64,000 nucleotides of DNA from Candidatus Dormiibacterota bacterium (GCA_035995545.1 DASYKI010000001.1:902-64901), one strand, 5' to 3'. Counted from the stretch's first letter, positions 36,890 to 46,191 are shown. Numbers and translations: made by a program. Notes: generated by a model not told the origin, from the letters alone.

Positions 36890-38171
36890 CACACTCACCG
36901 CTCCCGAGGATCTGCTGCGCAGCATCCGCGCGCGACTCACCCTCGAGCTCGACCCTGCCGTCGCCAACCCCTTCTCCACCGTGCCCGGTCGCCGCGGACT
37001 GATCCGCGACGCCATCCGCCGTGCCCTCGCCGACGTCGAGGCCGCGCTGCCGCACGATGCGCTGGTCGACGACCTCTATGACGAGCTGGTCGGCCTCGGT
37101 CCGCTGCAGCCGCTGATGTCCGACCCGGAGATCACCGACATCCTGGTCAACCGCCACGACGAGGTGTTCGTGGAACGGCAGGGGCGCCTGGAGATCACGG
37201 CGACGCGCTTTCGCGACCAGGCGCACCTGGAGCAGGTGATCGCCAAGATCGTCGCCCTGGTGGGACGGGAGATCAGCGTCGACAAGCCGCTGGTCGACGC
37301 GCGCATGGTCGACGGCAGCCGCGCCAACGCCGTATATGCACCGGTCGGCGGCCCGACGCTGTGCATCCGCAAATTCAACCGGCTGCGTCTCGCCTTGCTG
37401 CCGGATCCCGCGCGTCCGGACGGCGACTGGGTCTCGCGCGGCGGCATGAGCGCGGAGATGGCCCGCTTCCTCGACGCCATGGCCCGCGCCCGGGCCACCA
37501 TCCTCGTCGCCGGTGCGACCGGTGCGGGCAAGAGCACCCTGCTGCGCTCGATCGTCGACGCCTTCCCGCTGCACGAGCGGGTCATCACCATCGAGGACAC
37601 CGCCGAGCTGGAGCTCGAGAATCCGCACTGGGTGCGGCTGGAGTGCGTGCATCATCACGAACTGGGCGGCCAGGACAGCAGCGCACGCCGCCTCGATGTG
37701 GCCGACCTTGTCCAGAACGCGCTGCGCATGCGGCCCGACCGGCTCATCATCGGCGAGATCCGCAACAGCCGGGAGGCGTACCACACCCTCGAAGCGCTCA
37801 ACACCGGGCACGACGGCAGCGCCACCACCATCCACGCCAGCAGCGCGGCCGACGCGCTCTCCCGGCTGGAGCTGCTGGTGGGACGCAGCTTCGGCCAGCT
37901 CACGCCGCGCGAGATCCGCGGCTACATCGCGCGGGTGATCGACGTCGTCGCCGTCGTCTCGCGGCTTCCCGGCGGGCGCCGCTGCGTCGTCGAGATCTGC
38001 GAGCTCGCCGGCAGCGACGGTGCGGAGTACGACCTGCGGCCGGTGTTCTCCACCGACGTCGAACACGACGGGGACGAGGCGACGCCGCTGTTCCGCACCG
38101 CGTCGGGGTACCGGCCCGCGCGGCGCCTGGCGCGCAAGCTGGCCCTGGAGGGACTGCTGTGGATCTCCTGA
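36882..38171 (+). CDS. cpaF: CpaF/TadA secretion ATPase (type II/IV secretion, VirB11-like)
   Basis: Walker A ILVAGATGAGKSTLL, Walker B RPDRLIIGEIR and the His box TLEALNTGHDGSATTIHASS. Confidence 0.9.
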   Translation: MADTLTAPEDLLRSIRARLTLELDPAVANPFSTVPGRRGLIRDAIRRALADVEAALPHDALVDDLYDELVGLGPLQPLMSDPEITDILVNRHDEVFVERQGRLEITATRFRDQAHLEQVIAKIVALVGREISVDKPLVDARMVDGSRANAVYAPVGGPTLCIRKFNRLRLALLPDPARPDGDWVSRGGMSAEMARFLDAMARARATILVAGATGAGKSTLLRSIVDAFPLHERVITIEDTAELELENPHWVRLECVHHHELGGQDSSARRLDVADLVQNALRMRPDRLIIGEIRNSREAYHTLEALNTGHDGSATTIHASSAADALSRLELLVGRSFGQLTPREIRGYIARVIDVVAVVSRLPGGRRCVVEICELAGSDGAEYDLRPVFSTDVEHDGDEATPLFRTASGYRPARRLARKLALEGLLWIS

Positions 38172-39028
38172 TCGCCACCGTCGTGGCGGCGGCGGTGCTG
38201 CTGCTGGGGATCGCCACCGCACCGCGTCGTGTCGAGGGCCCGCGCGCGGCGAGCGGCTCGGTGTTTGCGCGCGCCGTGGAGCGGCAGCGCATGCGGTTGC
38301 GCGCGGCGCGGCTCAGCGTCGATGCGCGGCGCTTCACCCTGCTCTGCGTGGCGACGCCGCCGCTGCTGGTCATCGCCGGACTGGTGATCGGCTCGCCGGT
38401 GGTCGCCGTGCTCGCGGGCGCCGGTGGCTTCGCCCTGCCCCGGCTCTACGTCGACGCGCTGGTGCGCGCGCAGCGACGCCGCACCGAAGCCGAGGCGCCG
38501 CGCATGCTCCAGGTGATCCTGGCCAGCCTGGCCTCGGGCAGCACGTACCTCGAAGCGCTGCAGGAGGCGCGCGCCCGCGCCGGCGATCGCTGGCTCCGTG
38601 ACGACCTCGACCACGTCATCTCCGAGTTTCACCTCGGCGTCCCGCTGGAGCGCTCGATCGCCGAGGTGCGAACCGCGACGGCGGGCCGCAACCTCTCGCT
38701 GATCTGGGACAACCTGGCCATCTGCATCGCCAACCGCATCCCCGCGGCGCGTGCCAAGGGGCTGTTCGTGGAGCTGTCGTCGACGGTGCAGTTCAACGTG
38801 CAGGTGCAGCAGGAGGTGCGAGCCCGCACCTCGGGCCAGCGCGCCCAGATCTGGCTGCTCGCCCTCATCGTCCCCGGACTCTTCCTCTACCTGCGCATCC
38901 TCGACGGCAGCCTCTTCGCGGTCCTCGACGCGACCACGCTGGGACGTTGGGTGCTGTTCCCCGTCGCAGTCGCGCTGGAGGTGCTCGGCGTGGTGCTGAG
39001 CTTCCGCCTGTCCAGGGTGGAGCTGTAG
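38159..39028 (+). CDS. tadB: TadB-like inner-membrane platform protein (T2SSF family)
   Basis: A GTG start overlaps the cpaF stop. A polytopic protein with a conserved T2SSF-like cytoplasmic domain. Confidence 0.75.
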   Translation: MDLLIATVVAAAVLLLGIATAPRRVEGPRAASGSVFARAVERQRMRLRAARLSVDARRFTLLCVATPPLLVIAGLVIGSPVVAVLAGAGGFALPRLYVDALVRAQRRRTEAEAPRMLQVILASLASGSTYLEALQEARARAGDRWLRDDLDHVISEFHLGVPLERSIAEVRTATAGRNLSLIWDNLAICIANRIPAARAKGLFVELSSTVQFNVQVQQEVRARTSGQRAQIWLLALIVPGLFLYLRILDGSLFAVLDATTLGRWVLFPVAVALEVLGVVLSFRLSRVEL

Positions 39029-39030
39029 CC

Positions 39031-39933
39031 GTGCTGGCATCGCTGCTCGCCGCCTGCAGCGTCCTCTGTCTCGCCGCAGCCATGCCGCGGCGTCGCCGGC
39101 GCACGCTGCCCGTCGAGCTGGCCCGCCTCAGCACCATGGACACGCGCGAGATCGCGCTGCATCGCAACGCACAGCGGCCACCGTGGGAACGGCTGCTGCA
39201 GCCGGCCGTGGCCGTGGTCGCAGCGCGGCTGCGTCCGTCCTGGGCCGGCGTCAGCGAGGAGGACCTGCGGCGCGCCGGCATCGACGTCGAGCGCTTCGGC
39301 GTCGGCGAGCTGCTCACCGTCAAGGTGCTCGCCGGCATGCTCGGCGCGGCGCTGGCCCTGCTGATGGCGGTGGCGGCGCCCGGTGCGCTGATCCTGCTGC
39401 CCGCGCTCGCCTTCGGCGGCTTCGTCGCACCCAGTGTGCTGGTGACGCGACGCCGGGCGGCGCGTCAGGCGCGCATGCTGCGCGAGCTTCCCGACGTCAT
39501 CAGCCTGGTCAAGGCCTTCGTCGGAGCGGGCATCCCGCTGGAGCAGGCGCTGCACCTGATCAGCGCCCAGCTCGGCAGCGGCGCCGAGCCCAACCTGCTG
39601 GCGACCGAGGTGCGCCGTGCACTCAGCGACTACGGCCTGGGCATGTCCATCGAGGATGCCCTGCAGGCGATGGCGGCGCGCACCGGTCTCGCCGAGCTGG
39701 AGATGCTGGCCGCCGCGCTGGCGCAGGCCAAGCGGCAGGGCGCGGGCATGGAGCGCGTGCTGCGCGACCAGGAGACGGTGGCACGCATGCAGCAGCGCAA
39801 CCGCGCCCTCGCCGCCGCGTCGCGGGTGAGCACCCGGCTGGTCGGCGTGCTCGTCGCCGTGTACCTGCCGGAGTTCCTGGTGCTGATCCTGGCACCGCTG
39901 TTCTACGGAATCTTCCTGCGCGCCTTCGGCTAG
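39031..39933 (+). CDS. tadC: TadC-like inner-membrane platform protein (T2SSF family)
   Basis: A GTG lies 2 nt after the tadB stop. It is a T2SSF-like paralogue (LPDVISLVKAFVGAGIPLEQAL). Confidence 0.75.
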   Translation: MLASLLAACSVLCLAAAMPRRRRRTLPVELARLSTMDTREIALHRNAQRPPWERLLQPAVAVVAARLRPSWAGVSEEDLRRAGIDVERFGVGELLTVKVLAGMLGAALALLMAVAAPGALILLPALAFGGFVAPSVLVTRRRAARQARMLRELPDVISLVKAFVGAGIPLEQALHLISAQLGSGAEPNLLATEVRRALSDYGLGMSIEDALQAMAARTGLAELEMLAAALAQAKRQGAGMERVLRDQETVARMQQRNRALAAASRVSTRLVGVLVAVYLPEFLVLILAPLFYGIFLRAFG

Positions 39934-39960
39934 CAGGCCACCACCGACGGAGAGAGCGCG

Positions 39961-40107
39961 ATGAGACAACGGCAGAAGGGCCAGTCGACACTGGAGTGGG
40001 TGATCGGCGCGGCGATCATCCTCAGCACCCTGGCCGCCGCCGTGCTGGCATGGAACCAGGGCCTGGCGCACAAGATCGGCGACCTGGTGCAGCAGGTCAC
40101 CCACTGA
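39961..40107 (+). CDS. flp: Flp-family type IVb/c prepilin (48 aa)
   Basis: MRQRQKGQSTLEWVIGAAIILSTLAAAVLAWN has the Flp motif G/xxxxE[YW] followed by a hydrophobic helix. There is an SD GGAGAG upstream. It is absent from the ORF track because it is under 60 aa. Confidence 0.6.
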   Translation: MRQRQKGQSTLEWVIGAAIILSTLAAAVLAWNQGLAHKIGDLVQQVTH

Positions 40108-40115
40108 GCGTCGTG

Positions 40116-40538
40116 ATGGCTTCTGCTGTGCGCGGTCGAGCACCGCGCGTGCACCGCCGCCAGCGCGGACAGGAGACGCTGCAGGCGATCCTGGTCGTGT
40201 CGCTGGTGCTGCTGCCCATGCTGGTCGGCGTGCTGACATTCGGCACGCTGGTGCACGCGTCGATCGCGACGCAGACCGCGGCGGCCGCCGGTGCGCGCGC
40301 GGCGGGCGTCGCCGGAGAGTTCGGGCCGGACCAGCTCGACCGGGTCACCGGGGAGCTGCGCTCGAATGGGATCGATCCCAACGCATGTGTGATCGGCAGC
40401 AGCTCGGGGACGGTGGCGCTCGACCAGCCGATCAGCGTCACGGTGCAATGCCCCGAGCACGTCGGCATCCCGTTTCTGTTCGAGCGCGATGTGCAGCTGA
40501 CCTCGACGGTGGTTGGACGCGGTGAGGTCAACCGATGA
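40116..40538 (+). CDS. tadE: TadE-like pseudopilin/pilus assembly protein
   Basis: RRQRGQETLQAILVVSLVLLPMLVGVLTFGTLVHA matches the TadE N-terminal motif. Confidence 0.65.
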   Translation: MASAVRGRAPRVHRRQRGQETLQAILVVSLVLLPMLVGVLTFGTLVHASIATQTAAAAGARAAGVAGEFGPDQLDRVTGELRSNGIDPNACVIGSSSGTVALDQPISVTVQCPEHVGIPFLFERDVQLTSTVVGRGEVNR

Positions 40539-41056
40539 TGCGCCTGCACGTCGGCGGGCATCGCCTTCGGCTTCGGCGGCAGCGCGGCTCGTCGGTGCTC
40601 TACGTCGTCGTGCTGAGCCCGGTGCTGCTGCTCGGCATCGCCTTGGCCACCGAGGCGGGCGGGCTGCAGATGCAGAGGGAGCGGGTGCGCAGCGCGGTGG
40701 ACCAGTCCGTGGTGGTCGCCGCCGCTGCGGCGTCGCACGCGGGCAGCGCCGTCGGGCTGGACGCGCGACGTGCCGACGCGGTGCTGCGTGAGGTGCTCGG
40801 CGCCAACCTGGCGCCGCTGGCGTCCGCATTCGCGGGCACGACTGCCGCGGCGCTCGCCCGCGACGCCGACGTCGCGGTGGTGGCCAACGTGCCGGCCGCC
40901 GATCCCTTCAACCCGGGCGCGGTGTTGCGCAGGCCGACCATCGAGGTTCGCGTTCGCGTCCCGCTGCACACCGGGTTGTTCGCCGCCGCGGGGCTGCCCT
41001 CCAGCGTGACTGCGACGCTGGTGTCCGCAGCGGCGCTGCGCGAGACGGGCACATGA
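40535..41056 (+). CDS. tadG: TadE/TadG-like pilus assembly protein
   Basis: RRQRGSSVLYVVVLSPVLLLGIALATEAGGL is a Tad_N/TadE-G-like N-terminus. There is a 4-nt overlap with tadE. Confidence 0.6.
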   Translation: MMRLHVGGHRLRLRRQRGSSVLYVVVLSPVLLLGIALATEAGGLQMQRERVRSAVDQSVVVAAAAASHAGSAVGLDARRADAVLREVLGANLAPLASAFAGTTAAALARDADVAVVANVPAADPFNPGAVLRRPTIEVRVRVPLHTGLFAAAGLPSSVTATLVSAAALRETGT

Positions 41057-41084
41057 GAACGCAGCAGACACGGAGCCACACCGC

Positions 41085-41783
41085 ATGAGACGCACCGCCT
41101 ACCTCGTCGCCTTCCTCCTCCTCGCGCTGGCCGCGGGGCTGCTCACCCTGCGCGCCCAGCGCACGGTGGACGTGCTGGTCGCCGCGCACGACGTGCGGGC
41201 GGGACAGCAGATCGCGGCCGGCGACGTCGAGATCCGCCGCGTCCACGAGGACAGCGTTCCCGGCGATGCGCTGGCCAGTCCCGATGCCGTGGTCGGGCAG
41301 TTCGCGGCGTGGCCGTTCACCGGGGGCGAGCCGGTGCTGGGACGCATGGTGCGGCACGCGCGCTCGGGTGTGGCGCTCACCGCCGCGATCACCGTGCCCG
41401 ACGGGTATCGCGCCATCGCGGTGCCGGTGCAACCCTCCGGTGCGGTGGGCGGGATGCTCGCGCCCGGCGACCATGTCGACGTCTACGCCACACCACTGGC
41501 GGGACATCAGAGCACGTCGGCGGCGTCGCGCGCCGGTGGCAGCACCGCTGCGCCGGTTGCCGGCGACGGCACCGTGGTCCTGGGCCGGGACCTGCTCGTG
41601 CTGCAGCTGCGGTCGGACCAGGGGCAGCCGCTCGACGCCTCCGGAGATCAGTCGGTGCATGGGCTCAACTTCGGTGTCGGCAAGCTCGGCAGTGTGGTCA
41701 TCGCGGTGCCGGCCGATGACGTTGCCCGGTATGCGTCGGCGGCGGTGGGAGACAGCATCTACCTCGCGCTCAGCGTGGGATGA
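41085..41783 (+). CDS. cpaB: CpaB (Flp pilus assembly protein; SAF + RcpC domains)
   Basis: A signal-anchor, then VAAHDVRAGQQIAAGDV (SAF) and the RcpC C-terminal domain. Confidence 0.8.
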   Translation: MRRTAYLVAFLLLALAAGLLTLRAQRTVDVLVAAHDVRAGQQIAAGDVEIRRVHEDSVPGDALASPDAVVGQFAAWPFTGGEPVLGRMVRHARSGVALTAAITVPDGYRAIAVPVQPSGAVGGMLAPGDHVDVYATPLAGHQSTSAASRAGGSTAAPVAGDGTVVLGRDLLVLQLRSDQGQPLDASGDQSVHGLNFGVGKLGSVVIAVPADDVARYASAAVGDSIYLALSVG

Positions 41784-41850
41784 CGCGCATGCTTCGGCCG
41801 GCGCCCACGAAGTGTCCGCGCATGCACGGTGCCGCCAGGTGCCGCGGCCA

Positions 41851-44034
41851 GTGAGCGCGGCGCGCATCGTCTCCCCGGCGCTCGACGCCGTGCGTCTCGA
41901 CGGCGCGCACGTGCACCGCGCCGACGGCTGCGTCGCCACGCTTGTCGAGTCCGGCGACGTGGACGTTGCGGCGCTCGACATCTCGCGTCGCGCCATGGCG
42001 GTTGCCGCCTTCGCGCGCCTGTGCCGCACACTGGACTGCCCGCTGCAGATCGTCGTGCAGGTGCGCCGATGGATCGAGGACGACACCAACCGCGCCGGCA
42101 GCGCCGCGGGCGTCACGGACGGCACGACACTGGTGCACACGCTGCGCAGCGCGACGGCCGCGCATCGCCGCCGCGCTCTGGCAGCGCGCCCGGCATTCCG
42201 CCGCAAGATCCTCTTCGTTCCCACCGCGGGCACGGTCGACGACGCAGATCGAGCGACGCGCCTCATCCTCGACACACTCTCCACCGCAGGCGTCGGTGGG
42301 CGGGTTCTCCGCGACGCAGAGCTGCGCGACCGCATCCGGGAGGCGTGGGGGGGCGACCACAGCGCCGCAGACTCAATCACCACATCCCTGCATCCCCCAC
42401 CGTGGCAGCGCCACCGTACCCACGCCGCGCTGGGCACCCTGCTGGCCCGCGCCGTCGTGCTGCGACGACTGCCCGGCGTCGCCGTCGAGCCCGGCTGGCT
42501 CGCGCCCCTGCTCGACGTGCGAGCCGAGTGCGACGTCAGCATCCACGTCGCCCCCGTCGGCGTCGCCGACGCCATGTCCGCCATCGGCAGGCGTCTGCGC
42601 ACGATGCGCGCCGACCAGCTCGTCGAGATCGACCGCGAGTCCTTCGGCGACGCGGGGCTGGAGGTCGGCGTCGACAGCGCCCTCGACCTGCGCGGGCGCC
42701 TGGCGCGCAACGAGGGCCGCGCCGCGCGCATGTCGCTCATCGCCGTGGCGCGCGCCACTGACGCAGCCACGCTCGACCTCGCATCCGACGCGTTGCGCAG
42801 CGCCGCGCTGGCGACCCTCGCCGGCTGCGAGCCCGCACACCTGCAACATCTCGAGGCCGCCGCGTCGGCCTGGCCGCTCGGCCAAGACCTGCTCGGGGCA
42901 GCCAAGCTGGTCGACACCACGGCGCTGGCCACCTGCCTGCCCTGGACAAGCAGCACCTGCGACGACCCCGACGGGTACGCCATCGGCACCGCGTCGGCCA
43001 CCGGCACGCCGGTGCGCGTCGCGCCCTTCGACACCACCCAGCACGGCAACGCCAACATCGCGGTCATTGCCGCGTCGGGACAGGGCAAGAGCTACGCCAT
43101 CGGGGCGCTGGTCCTCGAAGCGGCGGCGCGCGGCGTGGGCAGCGTGATCATCGACCCCGAGGGCGAGTACGAGCGCATCGTGCGAGCCCTCGACGGCGAC
43201 TACCTGCGCCTCGCGCCCGGGTGCGCCACGGCGCTCAATGTCTTCGACGCCGGCGGCGAGGAGTCCCAGGCCGAAACGGTCGCGGCCGTGGTCGAGCTGG
43301 TTGCCGTGCTCTGCGGCGGCGGGCTCGACGAGGTCGAGCGCGCCCTTGTCGATGCCGCCGCCACGGATGCCATCGCAAGCGCACGGCACCACGGCCGCAC
43401 CGCGGTCCTCGGCGACTGCATCGACGCACTGGAACAGCGAGCGCCACGCCCTGCGCTGGTCCTGCGCAGGTTCTGCAGCGGACCGCTCGGCGAGCTGTTC
43501 AACCGTCCCACCACCGCGAAGCTCTCCGCGCACGTCGTCGGCGTCTCGCTGCGCGACCTGGGCACCGAGCTCGTCCCCGCCGCAACCCTGATCGTCGCCG
43601 AGTGGCTGTGGTCGCTGGTGCGGCGCGACCGGCGCGAACGCCACGTGGTCTTCGACGAGGTCGGCCTGCTCTGCGCGCACGCACCGCTGCGCACGCTGCT
43701 GGTGCAGCTCGCACGCCGCTGCCGCAAGTACGGCGCCTCGCTGGTGGTGGCGACCCAGAACGCCGGCGACCTCCTCTCCACCCCCGAGGGCACGGTGGTG
43801 GCCACCAACCCCGCCATCGTGCTGCTGGGCGGCCATCGCGGCGCCGAGACCGCGCGCATGGAGGAGGCCTTCGCGCTCACCATCGCGCAGCGCCGCCACC
43901 TCGAATCGGCGGCACGTGGCGACTTCCTACTGCTCGCCGGTGCGCGGCGGCTGCCCATCCACATCGAGGTGTCACCGCTGCACCACGCGCTGCTCACCGG
44001 CCAGCCCATGCTGCGCACCCGATCACCGGGATGA
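41851..44034 (+). CDS. VirB4/TrbE/TraC-family (AAA_10) ATPase
   Basis: Walker A IAVIAASGQGKSY, Walker B HVVFDEVGLL, and the family signature CRKYGASLVVATQNAGDL (RK...ATQ). The N-terminus is like CagE/TrbE. The start is uncertain (GTG at 41851 or earlier); the gene immediately follows cpaB. Confidence 0.65.
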   Translation: MSAARIVSPALDAVRLDGAHVHRADGCVATLVESGDVDVAALDISRRAMAVAAFARLCRTLDCPLQIVVQVRRWIEDDTNRAGSAAGVTDGTTLVHTLRSATAAHRRRALAARPAFRRKILFVPTAGTVDDADRATRLILDTLSTAGVGGRVLRDAELRDRIREAWGGDHSAADSITTSLHPPPWQRHRTHAALGTLLARAVVLRRLPGVAVEPGWLAPLLDVRAECDVSIHVAPVGVADAMSAIGRRLRTMRADQLVEIDRESFGDAGLEVGVDSALDLRGRLARNEGRAARMSLIAVARATDAATLDLASDALRSAALATLAGCEPAHLQHLEAAASAWPLGQDLLGAAKLVDTTALATCLPWTSSTCDDPDGYAIGTASATGTPVRVAPFDTTQHGNANIAVIAASGQGKSYAIGALVLEAAARGVGSVIIDPEGEYERIVRALDGDYLRLAPGCATALNVFDAGGEESQAETVAAVVELVAVLCGGGLDEVERALVDAAATDAIASARHHGRTAVLGDCIDALEQRAPRPALVLRRFCSGPLGELFNRPTTAKLSAHVVGVSLRDLGTELVPAATLIVAEWLWSLVRRDRRERHVVFDEVGLLCAHAPLRTLLVQLARRCRKYGASLVVATQNAGDLLSTPEGTVVATNPAIVLLGGHRGAETARMEEAFALTIAQRRHLESAARGDFLLLAGARRLPIHIEVSPLHHALLTGQPMLRTRSPG

Positions 44035-44038
44035 GAGG

Positions 44039-44590
44039 ATGCGCGCCATGCACGAGACGCCCTCCGACCTCGCCGCCCTTCAGGACCTGCTCGACCGCAG
44101 CGCGGCCCAGGCCGGTGTTCACATGCAGCGCATCGTCACGCCGGAACGACGTCTCAGCGCGCAGGAGCTGAGTCAGCGCCTCACCGGCATGTCGCTGCTG
44201 GCGCTGGCGACGGTCACGGCAGACGGCCGCCCCATCGTCGGCCCGGTGGACGGCATCTTCTACCGCGGCGCCTTCCACTTCGGGTCCGCGCCGGACTCGG
44301 TGCGGTTCCGCCACATCGGCCGGCGCCCGCAGGTCAGCGCCACCCATCTTCCCGGTGAGCATCTCGCGGTGACGGTGCACGGTCGCGCCACGCCGATCGA
44401 CATCCGCAGTCCCGAGCACTCCGGCTTTCGCCAGACGCTGCTCGACATCTACGTGCCCCGCTACGGCGCCGACTGGGAGACGTCGTTCCTCGACGCCGGG
44501 CCGATGTACGCGCGCATCGACGCCGACCGCATGTTCACATTCCACATGGACGAGGACGCGCACGCGAGCGGCCAGGCAAGGGAGGACTGA
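44039..44590 (+). CDS. pyridoxamine 5'-phosphate oxidase-family (FMN/F420 split-barrel) protein
   Basis: A 183 aa protein with a PNPOx-like pattern (LLALATVTADGRPIVGPVDGIFYRGAFHFGS). It starts 5 nt after the stop of the upstream ATPase. Confidence 0.6.
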   Translation: MRAMHETPSDLAALQDLLDRSAAQAGVHMQRIVTPERRLSAQELSQRLTGMSLLALATVTADGRPIVGPVDGIFYRGAFHFGSAPDSVRFRHIGRRPQVSATHLPGEHLAVTVHGRATPIDIRSPEHSGFRQTLLDIYVPRYGADWETSFLDAGPMYARIDADRMFTFHMDEDAHASGQARED

Positions 44591-44596
44591 CACCGG

Positions 44597-44980
44597 ATGG
44601 CGATGCAGACGGACTTCACCGTGATCCTCGAGGACCGTCCCGGGAGCGCGGCGCTGGTGGGCCAGACCATGGGCCGCGCCGAGGTCAACATCGACGGGCT
44701 CAGCCTGTTCACCAGCGGCGGCGTCGCCATCCTGCACATCCTGGTCGCGCCGCAGGAGGTGGACAGGGCGCGCGAAGCCCTGCGCACGTCGGCGATCGAC
44801 CTGCACGGCGAACGTCCCGTCTGGGTGTCCCAGCTCGCCGACCGCCCCGGTGCGATGGGACAGCTGCTCCGCGTTCTGGCCGAGGCCGACGTCAACTGCG
44901 ACCTCCTCTACCTCGACGCCCACGGCCGCCTGGTGATCGGCGCCGAGGACATGGAGCAGGTCTCGCACCTGCTCAGCTGA
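44597..44980 (+). CDS. ACT-domain protein (tandem ACT)
   Basis: FTVILEDRPGSAALVGQTMGRAEVNIDGLSL ... VSQLADRPGAMGQLLRVLAEADVNCD. Confidence 0.7.
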   Translation: MAMQTDFTVILEDRPGSAALVGQTMGRAEVNIDGLSLFTSGGVAILHILVAPQEVDRAREALRTSAIDLHGERPVWVSQLADRPGAMGQLLRVLAEADVNCDLLYLDAHGRLVIGAEDMEQVSHLLS

Positions 44981-45009
44981 GCGGCGCGGCCCGCCGGCGG
45001 ACGCTCAGC
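44975..45009. terminator. GC-rich hairpin between convergent genes (candidate bidirectional terminator)
   Basis: ctgagcgg...(loop)...ccgctcag gives a stem of at least 8 bp spanning the stop codons of the ACT gene and the DUF421 gene. No U-tract follows, which is common in high-GC genomes. Confidence 0.3.
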
Positions 45010-45523
45010 GCTTGCGCAGGATGCGCACGCGGCGCCGCGACCGCTGCCTGGGGCGTCCGCCACCCTTGGGCACGACGCTGATGCTGCCGTCCGGTTCCAG
45101 CACCGCGAGCTTCACCTCGCTGATGTCGCCGACCCCGTGCTCGCGCAGCGCCGCCTCGATGTCGTCGTCGTCGAGGCCCTCGTTCTCGATCGCCGCGCGA
45201 ATCCATTCCCCGTCGCGGCCGATGACGGTGGGCTTCGCCTGCAGCAGGTCGCGAAACCACGGCACGCGCTCGCGTGCCAGTGACACCATCCGGTTGGTCA
45301 GCACCAGCGCCGCGATGACGATGAGGCCGCCGGTGAGCGAGTTGTCGGGACCGGTCATGGCCGGCTGCACCGCGTTGGCGACCAGGAGCACGACGACGAT
45401 GTCGAACAGCGTGAACTGTCCCACCTCGCGCTTGCCGAAGATGCGCAGCGCCACCAGCAACGCGAGGTAGATCACCATCGAGCGAACCACCAGCTCCCAC
45501 CAGGGAACGCCGAGGCTGAACAT
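45005..45523 (-). CDS. DUF421 (YetF-like) membrane protein
   Basis: The protein starts MFSLGVPWWELVVRSMVIYLALLVALRIFGKREVGQFTLFDIVVVLLVANAVQ. The C-terminal soluble domain is GRDGEWIRAAIENEGLDDDDIEAALREHGV. Confidence 0.7.
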   Translation of the reverse strand: MFSLGVPWWELVVRSMVIYLALLVALRIFGKREVGQFTLFDIVVVLLVANAVQPAMTGPDNSLTGGLIVIAALVLTNRMVSLARERVPWFRDLLQAKPTVIGRDGEWIRAAIENEGLDDDDIEAALREHGVGDISEVKLAVLEPDGSISVVPKGGGRPRQRSRRRVRILRKR

Positions 45524-45534
45524 GGTGTCGGCGA

Positions 45535-46191
45535 TCACACGTGCTCCAGTGCGATGCGCGCACCGAAGCCGATCAGCACCACGCCGGTGAGCCGCTCCAG
45601 CCGGCGCCGCACCGCGGGACGGCGCATCACCGAGCCCGCCCGGCTGACCACGACGGTGAGCAGCGACAGCCAGAGGATGCCCTCGACGGCGTGGATGGCG
45701 GCGAGCAGCACACTGACGCCGAGCACCGACGCGCCCGCGGGGATGAACTGCGGCAGCAGCGTCGCGTAGAAGACGCCGATCTTCGGGTTGAGCAGGTTGT
45801 TGAGGATCCCGGTGCGGAACGGCCTGCGCACCGCGCGGGCACGCGGCGGCAACTGACCCACCTCGCCGGAGCCGGCAGCCGGCTCGCCGGCGCGCGTGCG
45901 CGTCGCCAGCAACGCGCGAACACCGAGCCAGATCAGGTAGGCCGCACCGGCGAAGCGCAGCACGTCGTAGGCGACGCGCGACGCCGCGACGAGCGCAGAC
46001 ACACCCATCGCCGAGAGCAGCCCCCAGCTCACCAGCCCGCAGGCCACGCCCGCCGAGGTGCGCAGCCCGACGGAGCGCCCGCCGGCCACGGTGTTGCGGA
46101 TCACCAGGGCCATGTCGACGCCGGGGGTGATGGTCAGCAGCGCCGCCACCAGGACGAAGGCGACGATGGAGGCCCACATGCGGGACAGCAT
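45535..46191 (-). CDS. LysE/RhtB-family amino-acid exporter
   Basis: The protein starts MLSRMWASIVAFVLVAALLTITPGVDMALVIRNTVAGGR. A 6-TM LysE-type protein ending ...FGARIALEH. Confidence 0.8.
   Translation of the reverse strand: MLSRMWASIVAFVLVAALLTITPGVDMALVIRNTVAGGRSVGLRTSAGVACGLVSWGLLSAMGVSALVAASRVAYDVLRFAGAAYLIWLGVRALLATRTRAGEPAAGSGEVGQLPPRARAVRRPFRTGILNNLLNPKIGVFYATLLPQFIPAGASVLGVSVLLAAIHAVEGILWLSLLTVVVSRAGSVMRRPAVRRRLERLTGVVLIGFGARIALEHV

Noticed and set aside
44039-44980. PNPOx-like and ACT-domain genes as functional parts of the Tad/VirB4 system.
   Set aside because: The tight spacing (5-7 nt) suggests co-transcription, but these families have no known pilus or secretion role. They are treated as housekeeping genes that merely follow the operon unless expression data say otherwise.
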